From positions 38,626,001 through 38,690,000 of the forward strand of contig OX597817.1 of the NCBI GenBank assembly GCA_951406725.2: 64,000 bases of DNA. The letters run 5' to 3'. The stretch comes from Octopus vulgaris (Eukaryota). Under the pieces are notes generated by a model that saw only the letters and a program-made list of their open reading frames with translations, was not told the DNA's origin and made no database searches. The position numbers were made by a program, and so were the translations under genes. Below, in pieces: positions 54,726 to 64,000 of the stretch; positions within the stretch are counted from its first letter, which is position 1; each line of letters begins with the position of its first letter.

Positions 54726-57700
54726 GTAGGTACTTTGACAGATATGCCTGAAAAACCATCAATATTGTCTCGTGGCAATATTCTGTGTGAAACCAATGGT
54801 AAACGATAAAAAAATTGCTACAACTTCACTTTCTCAGCTCTCTCAGACCAAGCAGTACATTAACTAGTAAGGAAATTTTCCCATATTTTTTGGTCATATA
54901 GCCTTGACTATATTGTTCCATACTTAATTTTATTTATTTATTTCCAATTTTACTATTGAACATTTACCCATCCATTACTGTAATTGTTGATCACAAGAGG
55001 CCTTCTTACTAACCTTTATCTTAGTTGATAACTGACGGTACATTTAACTTTTTTCTCATGGTTTAATGTCATTCCAAAATACCGCTGCCACTACTACTAC
55101 TGCTGCTGCAACTACTACTACTACTACTACCACCACTACCACCGCCACCAGCAATAATAATAATAATTATAATTATAATAATAATGTGGTGAGGTCTGGG
55201 GTGGATGCAAACTCTAAGCAATAAAAGGAAAAACTGTGACCCTGTTATCATTTTATATGAAACTATTTTATCTTGTTAGTAATGCTGAATCCTTGAAAGA
55301 AAGGCATAAACATACCAACTTCCCATTTTGTTCCCTAAAAATTGTATGGTCTTTGCATACTCATATTGTTGGGGTCAGTAACAGCTTACTAAAGGATATG
55401 TTTCCATCAAGTTGATATGTTCTTCGTTGGTATTGTTAATGCAGTTATAGTTGTATGGTTTTGAGTTTGAGCCCACTCAACATCATCATCGTTATTTAAT
55501 GACTGGATCTGACAACTCAGTAAGCTACTTCATGTTCCACTGTCTACTTTGGTATGGTTTCTATGGTCCAGTGCCCTTCTTAATGTCAACCACTTAACAA
55601 CTTTACTTGGTGTAATTTTTCATGGCACCAGCACAAGTGGTGATTACCTTGTAACTTAGAAGGCTAAGGACCTAAAGTAGCCCCTATAACTGAGGGAGAA
55701 TAGAAGAGAGAGTGAACAATGGTTTTAAGCAGAAGAATAAGGGATGGAATAAGAAGAGAGGATGGGAGCATATGGCAAAGAATAGGGAAGAGGGAAAGGA
55801 AATGATACTACTGTGTATCATTTTAGGTGAGCGTTTTCTACCACAATGCCTTCGGTTGATAAAAGCCTTGTGAGTGAAATTTTGGGAGGCAGAAACTGTG
55901 TAAGAACTCCAACAGAGAGAGAGAGAGAGAGAGGCTCTTCTTGTTCTTGAATCACAGACTTGATCTGTTGCCTGGTGTATCACCACTTCAAGACCTCTTG
56001 GTACCTTTAGTAGCCATTGAGTGACTTCTAGGTTCACATATATGGATCAGGTCTTTGGTTTAAGGAAAACTTTGTCACTTCTTCAGACTGAGCTATTAAA
56101 AATAAAAATGATAAAAACTACTACCAAATGAAAATTAGAAATATTTACTGTTATTAATAAAGGAGAACTTTTCTATCTTCTTTCGTGCCATCATACACAC
56201 AACTGCAGTAAATCCTTCTCACCCAAGCATAGCTGAAGTGAGTGTAAGAGGCAAGGGAGGAAACTTTAATCAAGGAGGAGCTGAAAAGTCAAAAGCTTTT
56301 CATCAATCTGGTGAAGGCTTCCCTTCTGTCACTGCTATCTCCCAAGTTAGCAAATGCAGTGAGAAAGAGCTGGTTATGGGCCACTTCCTGCTCCTTATCA
56401 ACTCTTAACTTGAGAAAGCTGCATAGAGATGTGAGAGGATGGTAGTGGTGGTGGTGGGGTCTAAGTTTATGGATGGTGGTAAATCTGTAAGAAAAGAATA
56501 GGCATTCTGCTCCAATTCCATTCTGCTCTGTTATTAAGATTGATGGGACGTGCATCTGTGAGTTAAAATCTCTACTGTCCCTTCTTGGCGAATGCTCTCA
56601 TTTTTAACATTACCACTGAAGACATCTTGAAATAGTGAGCGGGGAATGGGAGGTATGCATTGGAAACTGTCAGCTTGTGTTGCAACAGGATGGAGTGGGT
56701 AAGTTGTTTGGGATATTAGAGCAGACGTATCTTTAATGACTAACAGAAGTGTTGCAAAGTGAATGCAAACTTCTTTGTCTGTCTGACTCTCACAGTTTCT
56801 ATTGCTGTGGTTGTCTCATCTTCTTTCTCATATCATTCCTCACTCCACTTACTGCCACCTAGTGATGATATCTACTATCTGTTTCAATAATGTTCCTCCC
56901 AAAATCTTCGATGTTAGACTTAGATCCGTTGTGCCCAGTTTTATGTCATCACCTGCCCTTTTAAGTGCCTTTAGCAGAGTTCACTTAGTTGCAAGCATTT
57001 GGATCAGCTCACCTGTCTCAGGATAACTGAAATATGTTGTTACTTTGTGATGTTTTTGTTTGTTTGTTTTATATATCTTCATTGATTTAGTCAGGGCAGT
57101 CAGGCTGCTCAGTTTCCATAGTTCCTTACAGAACCTCCAATACTAATGAAAGGGAAGGAAGAATTTATCCCCAGCATGGCAACAGAATGGCCTCTGTTAA
57201 AGGCATCCAAGGGATAGGCAGTGACATTAGACCAGGTGACTGATTTAAGTTTATTAGCCAAGGACAGGAACAGTCCCTTCAGTGGGCTTCCACAGAGTTT
57301 TCCATCTTCCAAATTTGAGTTGACCCCAGGTTATGGTAGAAGACATTTGCCCAAGTAAAGAAGTGAACCCACTGAACTGTAAAGCTAACTTCTTGACTAC
57401 AGAGGCATACCTTTGCTCATGAAGAATGATTAGCTTTGTCAAGATGGCTACAGAAAAGACAAATATTATAATCAAATATTCTGTCACACTAGATCACTTT
57501 TAGATAACACTATCTAAAATCATATAATACACCATGCTGAAAGTAAATAAATTAACAAAGGACTAGAGTATGTGGAGAAATTATGTCCAATTGTGTATTG
57601 TGCAGTATTTCAAATGTTTTCCAGATTATGGAATATACAAAGATAGTTCTTTCTGTCCCTGATAATAAATAAGTGTATACTCTTTCTATAAAGAATTTAG

Positions 57701-59334
57701 TTCCCAAGCCCACCCACTCATCAAAAGCTATCTTTTTGGTAAGAACATCTACTTAGTAACCACAAGCTCTGATGCAGGCTTGGCAGAACTACTAGTAGTG
57801 GGTGCAGTTTGGAATAGGAAAAAAAAATTAGAACAGATTTAGGCTGGGTGTTAATGATGGGATGGTTCTAAGGAAGCTTGGAAGAAAATTGTAAATCTTA
57901 TAAGGTGTGTAGATGTTATGAAGTACTTTTTCAGTTAGTTCACTGATTAGATGTTGTACACTGAAGCAAAGGAAATAAGAGTTATTCATTGCTCACACCT
58001 GGGGTTTTATCTCTGTGTTGTAATTAGAGTAAGAAAACAACCCACCTATCAAGGTCTTTTGGTGTTGTCAGATAATATTTACTGCCATCATTTTAAAATT
58101 CTCAATAACGCATTAGCTGACAGAACATAGAACATGGTCTGACATTCAAACAATATATCAGAGCTACCAGATTTATTTAATCTGTGAAGGGTGCACTAGA
58201 CCATTCAATTCATTAACCTCGTTATACAGGTTTTCTTGATCATATCTAAGTAAAACTACCCAACAATATAATATTCAGAGCTAGATAACACCATGGATGG
58301 CATTTGAAAGACAACTCATTTCAAGTACTTTATCAGTGACAATTGTACTATATGATACTAAGTGGGGTTACCCAATAAAAACATAGCATATCTGTTTTAT
58401 GTTTATGCACTGTGGTTATCTGGTTGTCTCCTGTATTGACCAAAGGAAAATTACAGTAGTCAGTCATTGATTATTATTGTCTTTTTTTTTCCCAAGTGTT
58501 TCTAATTAGATTTTTAATGCTCACTGTATTAAATGTTAACACTTGCTTAGATCTACAAACGCAGGCTGGATATATATTGAGCTACAACCCCTATTCTTTA
58601 TCATCATTTTAACATGTACTTTTCTGTGTTTGCATAGACCAGACAAGATTGAAGCAGAACTTCTGTGGCCAGATGCTCTTTCTGCCACTGACCCTCACCT
58701 GTTTCCAAACAAGTTAATATTTTCTCCTTGTTTAGACATGTTTCATGAAAGGGTGCAAACAAATGTCACAACTTGTATGGTTGTGAAATTTGTTTACAAT
58801 TAGCATGCGATATCAAGACAAGGAAACACACATGTACACACACACATCTCCATATGTGCATACATATGAATAAAATTTAACTAAAGCCTTGTGAATGAAG
58901 TTGGTAGACAGAATTATATTATGTGAGTATGTAAGTATGTACATAGATACATGCATACATACCAGGATTTTGTTTACCAAATTCATTCACAAGGCTCTAG
59001 TCAGATTTAATACAATTAGATTTCATGATGATAAAAGTTGCATAGTGTTAAGACAAACCAAATATTCAGTGATCTACTCTTGTTTTACTCATAAATTTCA
59101 TCAATTTGGATAAGTTTGTGTGTTGTGTGGTCAGAAAAAAAATATGACATTTCAACAATGACCCTTGTATTATTAATGTCCTTGTTTGCTGTTAACCAGA
59201 GCAGAATAAAGAATGTTAAAGGAAAGAGATAAGAGAAGTATGTTCACTCACAAATATGAAGAGATGAGGTGTATGTGGTATCAACAAGGGGCCAAAAAAT
59301 GAACTCAGTTTGCAGAGAGTTTATAGCTGGTGAA

Positions 59335-59560
59335 AGTTAGGAGATATAATTACATTTTGTAAGGTCTGAAATTAGATTTTTAAAATTCACAATTGCACTA
59401 AGAACCATTATTAAAAATCTAGGACTATAATTACATTTCTAAAGTCTGTAATTACAATTATAAGAAATATAATTTCTATTACTGACTGTAATAATTACAT
59501 TCTCAAAAGTTAATAATTACATTTCCTAAAGGCTATTATTACATTATTGAAGTCTGGTCT
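59335..59560. repeat. Cluster of (A)TAATTACA motifs, probably subterminal repeats of a decayed non-autonomous DNA transposon
   Basis: About seven copies of taattaca(tt), exact or near-exact, within ~220 bp. Confidence 0.5.
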
Positions 59561-60434
59561 CAATCATTCCTTAAAGTTCACATTACACCCACTGAAAGAT
59601 GTCATTCCAGCCCTTATTTCATGATGTTTTTTATGAACAAGTACTTTTATGCTAAAACTTCTCACAATATGTGTATCCCTACACCAGGAATAAGTACTTT
59701 TATGTCAAAACTGTTTTCCTCTCATAATATGTTTCCCTGCATTAGCACAATGAAAGGGGCCACTGAACTACAAATTCTTGAAAAGCACTGCTTATGACTC
59801 TGCTTTTCACAAAAGAAGTATAACAAACTTCAATGACCACAACGTAGTGGGAGTGATTTCGTTGTTTATCGTCAATATATCTAATTATTGTTGTCATTTT
59901 ATTGCCATTTTTGTTTCTATGCTAACATAGCTTGAATTGCTATCAATGTCTCACAACCACCAGGATTTCACTTCACCTAAGGACTTTTGTGTCACCATCC
60001 ACTGAAATCCTTTGTCCCAATACTGGCCGTTTTCATTTTCATAATCTTGGGGTTTTTTTAAAAATCTATCTCTATTTACTTATACATTTCCTATAACTTT
60101 CTGACATGTTTTCCATTAATTTTAGATCTTTTATTAACCTCTTTACATGGTTTTGCTTCATGTTTGGATGAATTAAGATGAGATTGAATAAACATGAGCA
60201 TTGCTCCACTCTCAAGAGAAGTTTCTCTAGAACAAAATATTACAACTAGTGTTGTTCTATGTTTGTTTATACATTATAAATGTTATGCACATCATTATTT
60301 TAATCTAATGAAACAGTTCAAGTGTATATATTGATTTATGTTTGGCCTGCCCAAGTTTCTCACAAATCAATGAATGTTTTGTTTGCTGGTTTCTATATCA
60401 GAACAAAAATTTCAACTTAGTTTAGAATGTCTGG

Positions 60435-60489
60435 AGATGTAGTCACTGATGAGACAAAATCTGGTTGAAACACCAGTGTCTGATGATCT
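60435..60489 (+). ncRNA. Type I hammerhead ribozyme motif, intact core, sense to SPRED
   Basis: AGAU-gua-GUCA-CUGAUGA-GAC aaaaucug GUU-GAAA-CA ccag U-GUC/UGAU-g-AUCU. Predicted cleavage is after position 60480. Confidence 0.8.
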
Positions 60490-62599
60490 GCCAATGATAT
60501 TTTCAGTAAGCTCTGTGTTTTTCATACATTAAAGTTTTTTAAGAGAAGTTTCTTTCAGACAAAATATTACAGCTAGTATCATTCTACATTTATATATATA
60601 TATATTATCTTACACACATCTATTTTAATATAATGCTGTTCCGAGTGTGTATATTGATGTATATGTATGTTTATATATATGTATGTGTCTATGTCTGTAT
60701 ATGTGTATGGATGTATGTATGTACATATACACATACCACACATGCTCACTAGAATTAGTTTAAATTTTAACCAAGACCTCACAAATAGTAACTACAAAAA
60801 AATTGGCTATCATTCATTCATTCATTCATGACTTTCTACTCCTCCTTCCACCCTCTTGTACCCCTCCTCATCCATACTCTTGTGCTATCACCATCTCATC
60901 TCAAAACCTTTCTGTCTACCCACACACTAGTGACTTCCCCCACCACCACCACCACCACTGAATACTATTTTGACTTCCTTTTCACTTTGCATTTCTTTTT
61001 CCTGTGTGGGTTAATGGGAATTTTTATTTTATTCTATTTTGGATTTGTTAGGTTTGTTGTTTTATAAAGAAGGTTTGTCTTATGTTATCTCTGAAGTTCA
61101 TCCCTCTTTTTTACCTTTTACTTCCAAATCTCTTCCCTGCCACATTCCTTACCAATTTATATTATTAATATTATTATTATTATTTATTATTATTATTATT
61201 TCACAGTCTTTTTTGTTTCTTTCTTTTCATCTTGTAAACCCCTACATAAATTGTAGACTGTCCTAGTGGTATCCTCTCATTTATGCTCTTGTGGCTAATA
61301 AAAGAACTTATCATTATTATTATTTGAAGGGGCGTTCTTCCTCTTGCAAATTCCCTTTCTCATCTTTTCCTCTCTCTTTACATTCTCATCTTGTCTTCTC
61401 CCATTTTACACCTTCTTCCTCACCTCTCACCACATGTTTGGGACTCTTGAAATTTGCTGGAGAAAGTGAAAAACACACTTTATGAAGCTGTTACAGGTTA
61501 ATACACACACATCATCATCATCATTATCAACATTAAACAGCCATGTTCCATGTTGGCATTGTTTGGATGGTTTGACTGGGGTTCAGTCCCACTGCATGAT
61601 ACCTTCAGCAAGTGTCTTCAACTATAATTCCAGACTGAGCATAGCCTTACAAATAAATTTGGTTGACAGAAACTGTGTGGAAGCCTGTCATGTGTGTATG
61701 CATGTGTCTGTGTTTGCTCGCCTCCATTCTGACAACTGATGTTGGTTTGTTTACATCCCTGTAACTTAGTGGTTTAACAAAAAAGAGTGATGCAAGTACC
61801 AGACTTTAAAGAAAAACAAGTACTGGAATCAATTCGTTCAACTGAAACAAGTAATAGAAGATATATAGTGAAAATGAGTTGGGACAACTGTCATGCTGAT
61901 GACACTTATTGAGACAGAAACATATTCATGAATATCTTCTTATCTCAGGATAATAAACAAGCCTGTACTTTTCCTTGATAGCATGTCATCTTCCAAGGAT
62001 TCTTGATTTTTTTTTCATTTGAAGCTGGTCATAATTGCCATTTGGTAATTAAGACACAACCTCTAGAGGCAGGGATAATTTTAATAAATCGAGAATTCAT
62101 GTTGTATGGTATTTCATATATCTATATTGTTCCAATACATGCCACTGCCCACTCTGACTTATTTCTTTTAATCTCGTGTTTGTTTTATATTATGGAGGCA
62201 GTGACAAGACCTTTGGCAAAATACCATGCATGTGTAGACCCATCAAGCCAAGTGAGACCGTAGTCATGACTAATATTGGTGTCGGGTCAATGGCACTCGT
62301 GCCAGTGACACGTAAAAAACACCCACTACACTCTTGGAGTGGTTGGCAATAGGAGGGGCATCCAGCTGTAGAAAACTTGCCAAATCAAATCAGAACCTGG
62401 TGTACATCCCCCCCACCACCACCACCAGCTTACCAGTTTTCAGTCAGACTATCCAACCCATGTCAGCATGGAAAGCAGACATTAAATAATGATGATGGTT
62501 GTAGTGGTGTTCTGACTAAATTTGACAGTTTGCATAGAAGGAAAATAAAACTCAGTATCCCATCCAAAAAGAAAAGCATTTAAAAAATATCAACTAGAT

Positions 62600-62787
62600 T
62601 TATGTCTGGGAGATAAATAGTTTACTCCCCAGTTTCCACCGTGGCCAACAAATCTGGAATCTGGCACATGCATTCCTCACCATGTCCCTGGGAAGATCCT
62701 TGAATACCTCCTTGATCTCAGCCACCAGCTTGGCCTTGGTTGTTGCAAGCAGAGCAGTTGCTGTCTTTCCCAACTGCGCCCCACATG
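62600..62787 (-). pseudogene. C-terminal fragment of a second DD37D/maT-like transposase
   Basis: The minus strand reads MWGAVGKDSNCSACN[fs]TKAKLVAEIKEVFKDLPRDMVRNACARF, homologous to the C-terminus of the 12.6-13.4 kb element. Confidence 0.7.
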
Positions 62788-63648
62788 TGTATAAAGTGTA
62801 ACACTAGCAATGAAAACTAGGTGTCTAATTCTTTGTCACAGAAACAGCTGTAAGCTCAGCAAAATGACTACACAACTCCTATTCTTTTGTCATTCCATTA
62901 TTGATTATGTGTATGTATTTATGTCTATGTATATACATATCTTGAGAGAGGCAGACCCAGATTAAGTGGTGTGTACTTTACTACTACTACTACTACTGCT
63001 GCTGCTGCTACTATAGTGGAAGATATCCCTGAAGATGTTACACAGTGAGATCAAACCCACAACAATATGATCACTAGGCAAACTTCTTAACCACATGGTT
63101 TCAGGTTCTGTCATAGTAGTGGTGGTGGTGGTGGTGGTGGTGTTTAAATATTAGGAAAATATAAAATAAAAAGCAAGAGTTGTTGGGCTTGATATGATGT
63201 TGGTTGGTTGGCTGGCTGGTTGGTTGGTTGGCTTGTTGGTTGGTTGGTTGGTTGGTTCGTTTGTTGCCAGGTTGTGGTGGATAAGGAAACCAGAGCTAAA
63301 GTTATGTGGAATAAGGCTGTTAGTAGCAATATGTCCTCTAGAAATATCAACAGGATGTCAGCCCTAAAAACAATATGGCCCACTGCTGCTGCTGCCACAG
63401 CCCAGCTTGCCTGTCTGGCTGTTTACCTATTTTCTCCCTTTTCTCCCCTCTATCTACTGCCATAGGGGTAAGAGAGGGTGGCAGGAAGAGGCTGGCAGGG
63501 TGCAGAGAAAGAATTAGTAGCTAATCAACATGGATGTTATTGGTGGGTTTTGGAAGGGGTGAGAGGGTAGGATATTTGGTTTTTGTTAAAAACTGAAACA
63601 GGAAAACCATCTTGCTTGCTGCCTCCTGCCTTCACTTTTGCTGACTGG

Positions 63649-63712
<64 letters not shown>

Positions 63713-64000
63713 GCTTAAAACAGCAAAAACAAAAAAGTAAAACATGGTACTTCCAAGTCTGGTGATATTGGTAAAAGTTCTTGCTTAGTTACATTTGAGA
63801 TACATGCATGCATACATACATACGTACATACACACACGTGAGTGTGTGTGTGTGTATGTGTACCTTCGCTAAAACATTATTTGGTGTCAAAATTATCATT
63901 TGATGTCCATACTCCATGTTGGGATGGGTTAGGGAGTTTGACAAAATCCAACTGGTCTGAGGATTGCATTGTGCTCTAATGTCTGCTTTGACATGGTTTC

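Noticed and set aside
48160-64000. Further SPRED exons (KBD or Cys-rich SPR domain)
   Set aside because: No recognisable SPR sequence was found. Short, poorly conserved linker exons cannot be excluded without RNA-seq.

Overview
AT-rich, microsatellite- and SINE-dense animal genomic DNA. The repeat families and STR load look like a coleoid cephalopod, probably Octopus; this is inferred, not proven. The only host coding sequence I can support is two exons of a SPRED (Sprouty-related EVH1 domain) gene on the + strand (6138-6342 and 47991-48159), separated by a 41.6 kb intron. The first exon and the C-terminal SPR exons were not found. The rest is intronic or other non-coding DNA. It holds a near-intact Tc1 (DD34E, IR/DR-type) transposon, decayed DD37D/maT and hAT remnants, piggyBac-, hAT- and Merlin-like MITEs, at least four SINE families and many STRs. 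The main unannotated signal is six separate type I hammerhead ribozyme motifs of different sequence, three sense and three antisense to the SPRED pre-mRNA. One lies inside a 327-bp direct-repeat unit resembling a retrozyme or Penelope pLTR. Nearly all short ORFs in the supplied track are STR or SINE artefacts.
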